Assembly: GCA_002269645.1 (NCBI GenBank)
Contig: NIVC01000738.1
Span: forward strand, 248,001-312,000
Direction: 5' to 3'
DNA from: Macrostomum lignano
Lineage: Eukaryota
Length of the DNA: 64,000 bases
Shown here: piece by piece, positions 1-14,059 of the stretch
How the letters are laid out: each line of letters opens with the position of its first letter
Position numbering within the stretch: the stretch's first letter is position 1
Position numbers and translations under genes: made by a program
Notes under the pieces: generated by a model
The model's database searches: none
The model's input: the letters and a program-made list of their open reading frames with translations, nothing else
What the model was told of the DNA's origin: nothing

Positions 1-320
1 TCCCGATCTGACTGAATCCCAATCTGACTAAGTCCCGATCTGACTGAATCCCAATCTGACTGAGTGCCGATCTGACGAACTCCGAAATCGCAGTTACTAT
101 TAGTTTATTACAGTGCACTGCATTCTCGTGCTTGTATTTATAAATTTAGATTGATTAAATTGTTAGTCAATTTGTTGTCCTTTTAGCTGATGGTAATTTT
201 GCGTCGGTGTCGTCGGTGAAATGCGTTAAAACTTACAAGTCCCACAAAATTCAGAAATTATAGTTAAACAAGTCTTTGAAGCAGTTGGGGCTTCACCTCA
301 GTGTCCGTCCGCTTTTTCAG

Positions 321-2072
<1,752 letters not shown>

Positions 2073-2099
2073 GGCCCCCGGCGCGCGTTCGGGACAATT

Positions 2100-2320
2100 T
2101 GTCCGCCTGTCTGTCTGCCTGCCTGTCTGTCTGCCTGCCTGTCCGCCTGTCTGTCTGCCTGCCTGTCCACCTGTCTGTCTGCCTGTCCGCCTGTCCGCCT
2201 GTCTGTCTGCCTGTCCGCCTGTCTGTCTGCCTGTCTGTCTGTCTGTCTGCCTGTCTGTCTGTCTGTCTGTCTGCCTGTCTGTCTGTCTGTCTGTCTGCCT
2301 GTCTGCCTGTCTGCCTGCCT
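2100..2320. repeat. (CTGT/CCTG)n compound microsatellite just after the PKA stop
   Basis: Direct reading. Confidence 0.95.
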
Positions 2321-2623
2321 GTGCTTCTTTGCTGTTTTTCTACGAACTCGACTCTCCTCCCCGTTCCCTCGACGTGTTCCTGTCCGACCTCAGTTTCTGT
2401 TTCCTGCTATTAACTTTTGTTCTGTTGCAGTTTCTGTCACTTTAGCCGTTCGCTCTATTGTTAATACTGTGAATTGTAATGCTATATTATTATTTCTATC
2501 CTCATTGTTTCTGCTAACGCTGGTGTACCGGCACTTCGGCCCATTGCGTGTCTGTCAGTCCTTCCCGCCTGCCTGCCAGCCCTAGCATTAAACACCACCA
2601 TTTAATAAACTAATTAACACTGG

Positions 2624-2730
2624 ACCCCATAAACACCCAACCCCATAAACACCCAACCCCATAAACACCCAACCCCATAAACACCCAACCCCATAAACAC
2701 CCAACCCCAATAACACACAACCCCATAAAC
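2624..2730. repeat. 16-bp minisatellite
   Basis: Unit CCCCATAAACACCCAA, about 6-7 copies. Confidence 0.9.
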
Positions 2731-3774
2731 CCCCCCCGCGGATTCGCGCCCGCTTCCCCGGCAACTCACAGCTGTTTAATTTGAACTCCTAGCTCTCGAA
2801 CCCCGCGCATCCCCCCCCCCGACTCACTGGCTCTCTACGCTCAATCCCATTTCCTTCTTCCCGATCGCTAATTGTCACCCAGAGCTTCTTTGGCATTAAT
2901 ATTGTTTGCTGCAGCCCCCCGTTCCCCTGGCGCGCTACATTTTTAGTTTTAATTTTTGTATTAGTGAATCTACACACATGATACTACTTACTGAGCTTTG
3001 CTTGCTTTGCTTTTTTCTGCATGCGCTGCTCCGTCTCAGAATAGAATTAGTTATAGAAAATAGATAGACGGTCGGGAGCCGAGGGAGCTGCCTTCGAGCC
3101 GGGGACCGCTTACCAGCTGTCTGGACTGGAAAGCAAAGCCCAGACTTCACTCTGATGGACTTTGCAGTCCAAAGAGTTGCTAGTGGTCCCTGTTCTGCCG
3201 ATAGCGGCCCCAACCGGCCCCACTTTCGATGTTGTCGCCGTCTGAAAGTTGCTATGATAATTAATAATTTTGACTTATTTTTAAGTTCGCTGACTTCAAC
3301 AAAATCTGCAATCGTGCGGTACTGTGCGATTTTCCCGTTAACAAAATCAAGTTAATGCAATCTGGAGTGCTGAAGTCCCGCTCGGTTTCCTCTTCTGCAC
3401 TCTACCTGTACTCTTAGTCCGCCTGTTCCCATTGCACCTGCTAGAGCTGATTTGTCTGTCAGCGCAGATCCCCTCGAGAAACCTCCCTGTTTTTGTCCTC
3501 AGATATTCTGATCCCCGTTGTAACTGCCCAGCTCATAGTGCGAAACTGATATGCGTATTGAAGACAACCGAGATCTTCTTAACGAATATAATTTATTAAT
3601 ATATACATTGCTGTATACACTATGCATTATCGCATACTCTAATTATTATTACTGACCTATATTAACCATTGCAAGTGGCTTTGTGTGTGCATTGCTGTGC
3701 TGTCGGACTGGTCTTGAGTTTTTAACTGCCTGCTCGAGTGAGGCTGGGGGGGGGTCTGGCAGAGTGATAAAGGG

Positions 3775-4560
3775 GCAGGTCAGAGAGGGAAGGGGGCTCA
3801 GTGGGTGAAGGGGCACAGGGTCAGTGGTTGAAGGGGCACAGGGTCAGTGGTTGAAGAGACACAGGGTCAGTGGTTGAAGGGTCACAGGTTCAGTGGTTGA
3901 AGGGGCACAGGGTCAGTGGTTGAAGGGGCACAGGATCAGTGGTTGAAGGGACACAGGTCAGTGGGTGAAGGGGCACAGGGTCAGTGGTTGAAGGGGCACA
4001 GGGTCAGTGGTTGAAGAGACACAGGGTCAGTGGTTGAAGGGGCACAGGGTCAGTGGTTGAAGGGGCACAGGGTCAGTGGTTGAAGGGGCACAGGGTCAGT
4101 GGTTGAAGGGGCACAGGGTCAGTGGTTGAAGGGACACAGGGTCAGTGGTTGAAGGGGCACAGGGTCAGTGGTTGAAGGGGCACAGGGTCAGTGGTTGAAG
4201 GGGCACAGGGTCAGTGGTTGAAGGGGCACAGGGTCAGTGGTTGAAGGGGCACAGGGTCAGTGGTTGAAGGGGCACAGGGTCAGTGGTTGAAGGGACACAG
4301 GTCAGTGGGTGAAGGGACACAGGGTCAGTGGTTGAAGGGACACAGGTCAGTGGGTGAAGGGACACAGGGTCAGTGGTTGAAGGGACACAGGGTCAGTGGT
4401 TGAAGGGGCATAGGGTCAGTGGTTGAAGGGGCACAGGGTCAGTGGTTGAAGGGACACAGGTCAGTGGGTGAAGGGACACAGGGTCAGTGGTTGAAGGGAC
4501 ACCGGGTCAGTGGTTGAAGGGGCACAGGTCAGTGGGTGAAGGGACACAGGGTCAGTGAGT
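3775..4560. repeat. 22-23 bp minisatellite
   Basis: Unit GGGTCAGTGGTTGAAGGGGCACA. Confidence 0.95.
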
Positions 4561-5711
4561 GAAGGCAGCAGCGGATCCGAATGAAGAAAGTAGGCTTCGA
4601 AAAATATTCTATTAATTTCAACTGAAGGTCTCATCCATAAGATTGGGCATGGTCCTGGGCATGCGCGTACTTTTAATGCTTTGCCAGTTGCAAACTGTGT
4701 GTCGGCACAGGGCGATACAAGCGAGTCTTCACGCAAGTCAACAAAATTTAGTGGGAGCGCTGCAATTAGACTGCCGACTTTCGTAGGCTGGGGTTAAATC
4801 TCGTTCCACACAGGCATCATATAAGACCGAATGTTGCGTGATTACACAACTTGTACATCAACATCATTTTTGTACATGTCCATCGAGCATGTGAATTGAT
4901 GGCAGTTTAATTGAATCAGCATTTTAGGGTCGGCAGTCAATTGTTGTTGACTCATCTTAAGACGACGTCAAATTATTGAGGTACTACTTTTATTTCGTTC
5001 GGCCCCAGTAGTATATCAAGTGTGTTGAATTACCTTGGAATCCAGGTTACGCGTGTGCATGGTGAAGTAGCGTTTTACGAGTGAAGCTTCCACGCATTGG
5101 TGAGTGTTGATTTTGAAAGTGTCAGTCATGCGGCCCCCGCCTGCAGACCCCGGCCATGCAGTTCCTCCTAGCGATTCAGGGCGCGCAGAGGCTGCGACAC
5201 ATTTTGGCAGCTCAATTCACACCCGCGGGCCACTTCCGAGTGGCCGCTTGAACTGGACTTGATGGCTCAGTGGGGGTCTTGGCCGGCAGTTGGGAAGGGC
5301 GAGGGCAATTTTCCTGGGGAGACAGTTTTATTTCTCCCAAATGCTGGGCCAGGCGGATCTCCCCGGATGGGGGCGGACGTTAAAATACGGCTGCAGGGCC
5401 GGAGCTGCATGGTGGAGTGCGGCTGCTGCAATTTTGTTTTACTGCGCTGTTGCCGCCAGCGCCGGAAAGCCTGGGTTTGGAGCTGGTAGGGTCTGACGAG
5501 AGCTCGGAGTTACTGGCCTCCGAGCAGCGTCATTCTACGATTCAGCCTCACGTGGGTGTCCTGCCGATCTCCGGGCTCAGAACAACAGCCAGGACGGGCT
5601 TCAGGGTGGCCGCGGGTCTGTCTTGTCAGTCCCTGGCTTGTACACATTCAGTGTACATGTACATTGCGTATAAGGCAGGCGCGTCGCCATGGATTTTATG
5701 GTGGGGGACAA

Positions 5712-6330
5712 AGCCGCAGGCACTCATTTTAGCGCCGCAGGCACTCATTTTAGCGCCGCATGAGGCACTTATTTTATGCTGCAGGCACTCATTTTAGCGT
5801 TGCATGAGGCACTCATTTTAGCGCTGCAGGCACTCATTTTAGCGCCGCAGGCACTCATTTTAGCGCCGCATGAGGCACTTATTTTATGCTGCAGGCACTC
5901 ATTTTAGCGCCGCATGAGGCACTTATTTTATGCTGCAGGCACTCATTTTAGCGTTGCATGAGGCACTCATTTTATGCTGCAGGCACTCATTTTAGCGTTG
6001 CATGAGGCACTCATTTTAGCGCCGCAGGCACTCATTTTAGCGCCGCAGGCACTCATTTTAGCGCCGCATGAGGCACTTATTTTATGCTGCAGGCACTCAT
6101 TTTAGCGTTGCATGAGGCACTCATTTTATGCTGCAGGCACTCATTTTAGCGTTGCATGAGGCACTCATTTTAGCGCCGCAGGCACTCATTTTAGCGCCGC
6201 AGGCACTCATTTTAGCGCCGCAGGCACTCATTTTAGCGCCGCATGAGGCACTCATTTGAGCGCCGCAGGCACTTATTTTATGCTGCAGGCACTCATTTTA
6301 GCGCCGCATGAGGCACTCATTTTTTGCTGC
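5712..6330. repeat. 21-24 bp minisatellite with interleaved variants
   Basis: Units GCAGGCACTCATTTTAGCGCC and GCATGAGGCACTTATTTTATGCT. Confidence 0.93.
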
Positions 6331-7431
6331 AGGCGCTATGAAGTATTTTGTCGCCCTGAAGCAAAATTATTGATTTTTGCTTCAAATTTTTTTGAACGGG
6401 TTGAATTGATTTTTGAACGGGTCACAAAGTGGGGTGGGGGACAAAGCATTGGCATGTCCCCCATAGTAAATGTACAAGCGTACATGTACGGTGAGGCAGA
6501 CAGCTCTTCACTTCATTGCGCTACAACCCACGCGTCGCATGCATGTACATGGCGTACGTGTAATAAAAATGTAGTGCATTCAAATAAATTACATGGGTTT
6601 TTGGGGTCCACATGTACGCCGTATTACTATGGATGCATGATTGATACATGTACTTCAGGCCTTTTCGGCTCAATCTTTATTAAAGTGCAATTAGCACTTT
6701 ACGTTGTAGCATGGACGCATGAAACCAAAGCGGCTTTCAGAAAATTGCCAGTTCATAGGAAATGGCTGCAGAGGGCTGAAATTATGCTGAATTAGGCTGA
6801 AGGCTGCGACACCAGAAAGCCGAAGGGGATGAGGACCCAAGTGAAGATATTTTGGCTCCTCTGAAAAGCCACTGAAGTCTGCGAATGTAGAAATGTTGTT
6901 TTGATGTAAATTAGAAAAATAACGGGTGATTGACTGACTGATTGATAGCTGTGCTGACTTTGAAAAGTACAGATTCCGGCCGCCATAAGCACCGCAGCAA
7001 GCTGAGGTCCAGCGAATGTCCCAGCAGTGCAGACGCAGAAAGTCGCAGCGTCAATGCGGGCCCTGCAAATATCAACTTAGCGGGAAAATCTTCCCAAATG
7101 AGGGACTCTGCCGCCTGTTTACTCGGGTCAGCCCGCCGGCCGTATGCCAGAAGTCGCTGCCCTGATTAGATTCCCCTCTGCCGCCGGGGTGAGGATTTTT
7201 TCCTCTCGCTGCTCCGCGACCCGGCTGAGACAAAAAGCGGCGCGAATGTCACGCAAACTTGGCGCGGATTTCGCCTCCGGTGACTCGGAAACCGCATCCT
7301 TGATCCCCGGTCAGAGCTCCCTCGGCTAAAGACTAATCCTTGTCAGGCCGAAATCTGCACGAGCCACTCCGAAACTGAGAATTCGGTTGCGTCTTTTTCT
7401 CGTTTCTCGTGCGTCAGCAGAGCCGATTCCC

Positions 7432-8620
7432 GCCCGGCTCGCCTGTCTGTCATTTGGTTCGCCTGTCTGTCATTCGGTTTGCCTGTCTGTCATTCGGTTC
7501 GCCTGTCTGTCATTTGGTTTGCCTGTCTGTCATTCGGTTTGCCTGTCTGTCATTTGGTTTGCCTGTCTGTCATTCGGTTTGCCTGTCTGTCATTCGGTTT
7601 GCCTGTCTGTCATTCGGTTTGCCTGTCTGTCATTCGGTTTGCCTGTCTGTCATTTGGTTCGCCTGTCTGTCATTCGGTTTGCCTGTCTGTCATTCGGTTT
7701 GCCTGTCTGTCATTTGGTTTGCCTGTCTGTCATTTGGTTTGCCTGTCTGTCATTCGGTTTGCCTGTCTGTCATTTGGTTTGCCTGTCTGTCATTCGGTTT
7801 GCCTGTCTGTCATTCGGTTCGCCTGTCTGTCATTCGGTTCGCCTGTCTGTCATTCGGTTTGCCTGTCTGTCATTTGGTTTGCCTGTCTGTCATTTGGTTT
7901 GCCTGTCTGTCATTTGGTTTGCCTGTCTGTCATTCGGTTCGCCTGTCTGTCATTCGGTTCGCCTGTCTGTCATTCGGTTCGCCTGTCTGTCATTCGGTTT
8001 GCCTGTCTGTCATTCGGTTCGCCTGTCTGTCATTCGGTTTGCCTGTCTGTCATTTGGTTTGCCTGTCTGTCATTTGGTTTGCCTGTCTGTCATTCGGTTC
8101 GCCTGTCTGTCATTCGGTTTGCCTGTCTGTCATTTGGTTCGCCTGTCTCTCATTCGGTTTGCCTGTCTGTCATTCGGTTCGCCTGTCTGTCATTCGGTTT
8201 GCCTGTCTGTCATTCGGTTTGCCTGTCTGTCATTCTGTTTGCCTGTCTGTCATTCGGTTCGCCTGTCTGTCATTCGGTTTGCCTGTCTGTCATTCGGTTC
8301 GCCTGTCTGTCATTCGGTTCGCCTGTCTGTCATTTGGTTTGCCTGTCTGTCATTTGGTTCGCCTGTCTGTCATTCGGTTTGCCTGTCTGTCATTCGGTTC
8401 GCCTGTCTGTCATTCGGTTTGCCTGTCTGTCATTTGGTTTGCCTGTCTGTCATTTGGTTCGCCTGTCTGTCATTTGGTTTGCCTGTCTGTCATTCGGTTT
8501 GCCTGCCTGCCTGTTTGTGGGTCCGGCTGGTTTGCCTGCCTGCCTGTTTGTGGGTCCGGCTGGTTTGCCTGCCTGCCTGTTTGTGGGTCCGGCTGGTTTG
8601 CCTGCCTGCCTGTTTGTGGG
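7432..8620. repeat. 20-bp minisatellite (about 53 copies) followed by a 33-bp unit x3
   Basis: GCCTGTCTGTCATT(C/T)GGTT(T/C) to about 8505, then GCCTGCCTGCCTGTTTGTGGGTCCGGCTGGTTT. Confidence 0.96.
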
Positions 8621-8860
8621 TCGCGCTGGGCACTCTTTCCCAGCCAGCCCGCTCTCGCCGAATCCCATCTTTTCTGCTCCCCGCCAGGCCCCATTGGATG
8701 GCCGCCCGCCCCCTTATTCTTGCAGCGAGCGGCCCGGCAGGCAGGCAAGGCGGGCACAGCCGGCGGCTCAGAGCTCAGCGAGAACTGCAACTCCCTCCAG
8801 CCGGGGCTTCAATCGTTCTGCCATCCATCGAAGCGTCCAGCAGACTAGCAAACGGCAGCG

Positions 8861-11050
8861 ATGACCGCCAGCCAGCAGCTGTCAGCAGCGTTTTTCCAGC
8901 AGCAGCTGGAGCGGCCGCATCCTCAGCACCAGCCGCTGCAGACCTCAGCGACCAGCGCCGCGGCGACCCGCATGGCCCTGAAGGGCATCTTCCTGCACCT
9001 GAACCGCTTCGCTGAGCGCACCAGCATGCACGGCGTCACCCACCTGTTCAGGGCCGACACCTACGCCCGGCGAGTGTTCTGGGTGATTCTCACCTGCGTC
9101 ACCACCGTGGCCTGCTGCTACCACGCCTACCTCACCCTGGACCAGTTCAGCCTCACTCCCGTCAGCACGCTGATCCTCAACCAGGGCGCGGACACCGTCT
9201 TTCCCGACGTGACCCTCTGCAACCTGCGCCCGATGCCGCAGCACCTGCTGCAGCTGGACAGCCCGCTGCGCCGCCGGCTGGAGGCCGACATCGGCTCGCT
9301 GCTGGAGACACTGCGGCGAATCTACGGCAAGGACAGGCCGCTGTTCCACATGCACGACTATTTCCACTGGTACAACCTGCTGCAGCACTTCTGGGCCAGC
9401 GAGTCCACCGCCAGCATCGGGCACAACATCAGCCAGATGCTGGTGCTCTGCATGTACAAGAAGTCCTTCTGCCGGTCGACGGACTTCGCCCTGGTGCAGA
9501 ATGCGCACTTCTGGAATTGCTGGACCTTCCTACCGCGCGACCGCAGCGTCCAGGGCACCGGCCCGGATGACGGCCTGTCGCTGATCCTGTACACCAGCAC
9601 CGTGTCGCGCTCCGAGTCGCCGCACCGCGCACAGTCGGCCCGGGTTGCCTACCCGCCAGCGGCGCAGCGCGGCCCGCTGCAGCAGCTCGGCACCGTGTTC
9701 GGCAAGGCCGGCATGCAGGCCTCCGAGGGAGTCCGCGTGCTGCTGCACGAGCCGGGCACCTACCCCCACGTGCACTGGGGTGGGGTGGACATTGCCAACG
9801 GCTGGAGCTCCAACCTGCGGCTGCGGATGACCCGAAACGTCTACGTGAACCGCAGCGGCCACCACTGCGTGCTGGACTACGGCAACGTCACCTACTGGAC
9901 CTCCGAGCTCGACAGCCAGCGAAGATTCCAGCGCCGCGGGCTTGATTGCGTGGTGTCGCGCTGGCAGGAGCACCTGATGCGGCACTGCGGCTGCCAGTCC
10001 ACCTACCTGCCCAGCCTAAACCGCAGCAGCCTCTGCCACCACGAGCACATCAACGATCTCAGCGAAGAAGCCACGGCTCGCAGGGCCCGCCAGTTGAAGT
10101 GCTTCAACGAGCTGGAGCCTCGCATCCGCAGGCAGCTGTACGATGGCTTTGTCACCGGCTGCAGCCGGGAGCAGGCCTGTGAGCAGGCGGCCTACTCACA
10201 CGCCTCCGTGTCCGTGCCCTGGCCGTCCCTGTCAGACCTGGAGGCCTTCTACCACACCTTCGTGATTCCCGCGTTCAGGAAGCGCGAGTTCGAGGGCCAC
10301 CGGCTGCTGGACCAGGTGATGCAGCGCGGCGGCGGCCCCAACGGCAGCGGCTGGAGCGTCGGCCATGGCTTCGTCCGCGACAATTTCTTAAGGCTGAACG
10401 TGTACGCCGAGGAGTCCAAGAGCACGCTGATCAGGGAGTCGCCATCCTACAGCTTTGTGGAGGTCCTGTCGGAGCTGGGCGGCATCGGCGGCCTGTGGAT
10501 CGGCATGTCGTTGGTGACCTTCGTTGAGCTGTTCGAGTTCTTCGCCACCCTGTCGGTGAAGTGCAGCCAAGGCCTCAGCAACTACCTGCGCTTCCGCCAG
10601 TGCCAACGGGCCGAGCAGGGCGGCCACGCAAACGGCGCGGCCGTCTTCGGTGGCTCCGAGCTGCAGCCGCGGCGTCAGCGGGCAGAGCAGCATCAGCCCG
10701 CAGCCGCTGGCGACGGCTCTTACGGCGGCCGCAGCCGCAGCCCGGACCCGGAAGTGGCCAGCATGGACGAGAACTGCGAGCTGCTGCGAGTTCTTGGCGA
10801 CATCCGGCCGACACCAACCGCTGGCTCCGCTGCCGACGTCGCCGACATCCAGCGGAGCAGCAGCATGGTGCTGCCGGGACAAAGTCAACAGCAGCGCCGC
10901 CCGGAGGTCCCGCAGTCGGCATCTGACGAGGCCCCGGCGGTGATCTCCCTCAGACGGTCAAGCACCATGTACCGGACATTGCTCACCCAGCAGCAGCCCG
11001 CCGAGGCCCAGGGGCAGGCGGCAGCGGTGCAGCAGATCTCTGTGGTCTGA
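8861..11050 (+). CDS. DEG/ENaC (amiloride-sensitive sodium channel family) subunit, single exon, 729 aa
   Basis: Pre-TM1 HG motif FAERTSMHGVTHLF, TM1 RRVFWVILTCV, FPDVTLCN, GPDDGLSLIL, EGVRVLLHEPG, Cys-rich thumb (HCGC...C...C), TM2 VLSELGGIGGLWIGMSLVTFVELFE with a G-x-S filter. In-frame TAG at 8846-8848 lies upstream of the ATG. Confidence 0.95.
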   Translation: MTASQQLSAAFFQQQLERPHPQHQPLQTSATSAAATRMALKGIFLHLNRFAERTSMHGVTHLFRADTYARRVFWVILTCVTTVACCYHAYLTLDQFSLTPVSTLILNQGADTVFPDVTLCNLRPMPQHLLQLDSPLRRRLEADIGSLLETLRRIYGKDRPLFHMHDYFHWYNLLQHFWASESTASIGHNISQMLVLCMYKKSFCRSTDFALVQNAHFWNCWTFLPRDRSVQGTGPDDGLSLILYTSTVSRSESPHRAQSARVAYPPAAQRGPLQQLGTVFGKAGMQASEGVRVLLHEPGTYPHVHWGGVDIANGWSSNLRLRMTRNVYVNRSGHHCVLDYGNVTYWTSELDSQRRFQRRGLDCVVSRWQEHLMRHCGCQSTYLPSLNRSSLCHHEHINDLSEEATARRARQLKCFNELEPRIRRQLYDGFVTGCSREQACEQAAYSHASVSVPWPSLSDLEAFYHTFVIPAFRKREFEGHRLLDQVMQRGGGPNGSGWSVGHGFVRDNFLRLNVYAEESKSTLIRESPSYSFVEVLSELGGIGGLWIGMSLVTFVELFEFFATLSVKCSQGLSNYLRFRQCQRAEQGGHANGAAVFGGSELQPRRQRAEQHQPAAAGDGSYGGRSRSPDPEVASMDENCELLRVLGDIRPTPTAGSAADVADIQRSSSMVLPGQSQQQRRPEVPQSASDEAPAVISLRRSSTMYRTLLTQQQPAEAQGQAAAVQQISVV

Positions 11051-11319
11051 CGGCCCGCCCCGTCAGCCCTCACCTGACCCCGGCCCGCCGCTCCCAAGCC
11101 CATTGCTGTTGTTGTCTCAAAGGACCGTTTTATTTTTCTTTGGAACGCGTCACGATGGCAGTCTCGGCCCCGGGACACGCATCGATGCATTAAAATGTAG
11201 CCAAGTGCTCACCCATTCCATGAGTTACGTCTGCTGAGCTGGTCTTGCAGTTCTTTGGGAAATCCTGATGGCGATGAGCTTGACTTCATCTTTGAACTGG
11301 AGCCCCACCCGATATGGAC

Positions 11320-11389
11320 CTGAATCCACACAGAGCTTGACCTGAAGCCACACAGACCCTGACCTGAAGCCAACAGAGCCTGACCTGAA
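11320..11389. repeat. Left remnant of the 22-bp minisatellite interrupted by the LTR element
   Basis: CCTGAAGCCACACAGA(C/G)C(C/T)TGA units ending in CTGAA. Confidence 0.9.
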
Positions 11390-11564
11390 TGTTGTGGCCG
11401 CTGGCCAAATGAATAAAGTCAATAATTCACTTAAGGCGAAGGAGAGGAGAGGTGGCTCTCAGCTATAGTGAGCTAGCCAATATATATTATCTGACTGATA
11501 CGAGCTAGATGTACATCGATGCGCGTACGTTACATAATAGCATTGAGCATGCACATTCACAACA
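11390..11564 (-). repeat. 3' LTR
   Basis: 175 bp, matches 15851-16025. Confidence 0.97.
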
Positions 11565-11574
11565 TCATCCCCCC
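11565..11574 (-). other. Polypurine tract
   Basis: GGGGGGATGA on the minus strand, abutting the 3' LTR. Confidence 0.8.
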
Positions 11575-11678
11575 GTGCAAAGAGGTGACAGATTACGGGT
11601 GGGATAAGCAGACGCATTAAAGCAAGCAATGTCAATGGAACAGTTTTCGGTGCATGAGCAGTCAGTTAGTCAAGTCAG

Positions 11679-14059
11679 TCAATCATGAGTCACAACGTTG
11701 CCGAACCATTGAGGCGGTGCCCGAAGTCTCTCAGAGCGGCGCAGCGGTGGCGTTGGCGGCATCGCCTCTGGTTGCCCGCCGTCCGGCTGTTGCAGAGCCT
11801 CGGTGTCGTCGGCCCCGTCACCCCAGCCGTGGTGGTCATCAAGGATGCAGCGGCTGATGTGCCAGCGGCTGCCATCGGTCAGGGTGATCGTGTTGCCCTC
11901 GCGACTGACGACTGTCTGTGGCTCGGAGACGCCGCTGCTGAGCTTTCCGCGCCTCGGCCGGCGGACGCGGATGCGGCTCCCGACAGTTAGCGCTGCGTCC
12001 TTCAGAGGCTGGTTCCGCTTGCGCATCCGGCGGCGGCTCTTGGCCCGCTGCTGTCGCTCCGTGACGCTGCGCCGCAGCTCCTGGTCCGTCGTTGACTCGG
12101 TGCTTGCTGGTTGAAGACGATCGAGAGGCAGGCGGAGCTTCCGTCCCAGCATCAGTTCAGCCGGCGACTTCTTGGTCAGCGCGTGCTCAGATGATCGATA
12201 CGCGAGCAGCAGCTCCTGAACCGCCTGCTTCACCGGAACACCGTCGGCGAGTAGTGCGCGCAGTGAGGTCTTGATGAAGCCGTTGAACCTCTCGACTCCG
12301 CCATTCTGCTGTGGACAGTAGAACGGAGTGCGACGGTGCTTGATGCCGAGCGAGCTGAGGAAGTCCGTGAACTCGGTCGACACAAACTGAGGTCCATTGT
12401 CTGTGGTAATTTCGTCTGGAAGCCCCCAGCGGACGAACAAGCTGCGAAGGGCTTCGATACAGGCAGCGGAAGTCACGGATGAAGATGCGATGATCTCAGG
12501 CCATTTGGAGTAGAGATCGTGGACGACGATGAAAAATCGATGGGACTGCGGCACATTGGCTTCCGGCAGCTCTCCAACGACGTCGACTTGCAGCTGCCGC
12601 CATGGACCCGCTGGTAGCTCCGTCGTTGACCATGGGACCTTGATCGGCTTGAACGCTTTCTCGGACAGGACGCAGGCGCTGCAGTTCCGCACGAAGGCTT
12701 CCACGTCGCTGTCGATGCGCGGCCACCAGACCGTGTCGCGGCACCGCGCCTTGACCTTGGCGACGCCGAGATGTCCTTGATGCGCCTCTGCCAGCACAAG
12801 GTCGCGGAGGTTAGTCGGGATGACAGCTCGGCTGCCTCTCGCCAGGCAGCAACCATCGTTCCACAGGTAGAGCTCGTGTTGCACCTGGTGGAAGCCCTTC
12901 AGATCGGCTGGAACCTCGGCAGGCCATCCGTTGATGAGAAACCCGATGACTCGCTGCAGTTGGTTGTCGCTCTTGGTTGCATCGGCCAGTTGAGTGACTG
13001 AGATCGGCTCGGCGCTTCTGGCCAGCACCAGGTTGATGTCGGACTCGCTCTGGTGCTGCTCGTTGGACTCGTTGGCTGCACTCTTGCCGTCGTAGCCGTA
13101 GCGAGACAGAAAGTCGGGCTGGACGTTGAGCTTGCCGGGGACGTACTCGATGTCGAAGTCGTAGACGAAGAGTCGTTCGCACCAGCGCTGAAGTCGAAGA
13201 GGTCGTTGGCCGACCCCTCGAGGTGACAGCAGGGTCGTCAGCGCTTGATGGTCGGTGAGGAGCTTGAACTTGCGACCGTACAGCAGAAGGTGCCAATGCT
13301 CGCAGCTCCAGACGCAGGCCAAGGCCTCCTTCTCTGACGCAGAGTAGCGGCGCTCGGTGTCGGATAGGGCTCGCGAGGCGAAGGCGACTGGTCGCAGCTG
13401 TCCGTGCTCGTCGACTTGGCTCAGGGTCGCGCCCAGGGCGACGTCGCTGCTGTCGCAGGAGACGACGGTCTCGTGATCTTGGTCGAAGAACTTCAGGCAC
13501 GGTGCTGATGAGATGAGCCGCTTCACCTCGCTGAAGGCTGCCTCGCATTTCGCGTCCCAGTTCCATGGCACGTCCTTGCGCAGGAGCGCTGTCAGCGGCT
13601 CGGCGACGTGAGACAGGTTCTTGATGTAGAACTGGAAGAACTTTGCAAAGCCTAGGAATGAAGCCAACTCTGCCGTATTGGTGGGTGCCTTGAGTTTCGA
13701 TACGGACTCGGTGTGCGACTGAAGAGGTTGAATTCCCGCTGCGCTGACGCGGTGTCCGACGAACTCGATCTCCGACGCCTTGAAGGTGCACTTCTTGAGA
13801 TTGACGGTTACTCGATGCTGCAGCAGCTTGTCCAGTACCTGAAGTACGCGACTTTCATGCTCGGCTTCCGTAGCGGCGTGAACGGCGATGTCGTCTTGGT
13901 AGTGAACGACGCCTCTGATGCCTTGGAGGATCTTGCCGACGACCTTCTGGAAGGCCGCCGGAGCCGAGCTGATGCCGAACGGCATCCGTCTGAACCGGTT
14001 GAGGCCGGATTCGGTGTGGAAGCAGGTCAGATTCTTGACGTCATCGTGCAGAGGCAGCT
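11679..14059 (-). CDS. pol: pol C-terminal part: RT (YQDD), RNase H, integrase
   Basis: RMPFGISSAP, HYQDDIAV, CDSSDVALGATL, YSASEKEALA, TDHQAL, HQGH...CSAC zinc finger, DDE residues in LQVD / TDNGPQF / VERFN. Confidence 0.95.

Noticed and set aside
5675-6465. MITE-like ends and a GGTGGGGGACAAAGC direct repeat around the 21-bp array
   Set aside because: The inverted match is short (TGTCCCCCA) and no TSD could be defined
7387-8864. Long ORFs of 460-540 aa upstream of ENaC
   Set aside because: All three frames are open only because the 20-bp unit lacks stops; translations are pure repeat, and an in-frame stop separates them from the ENaC ATG
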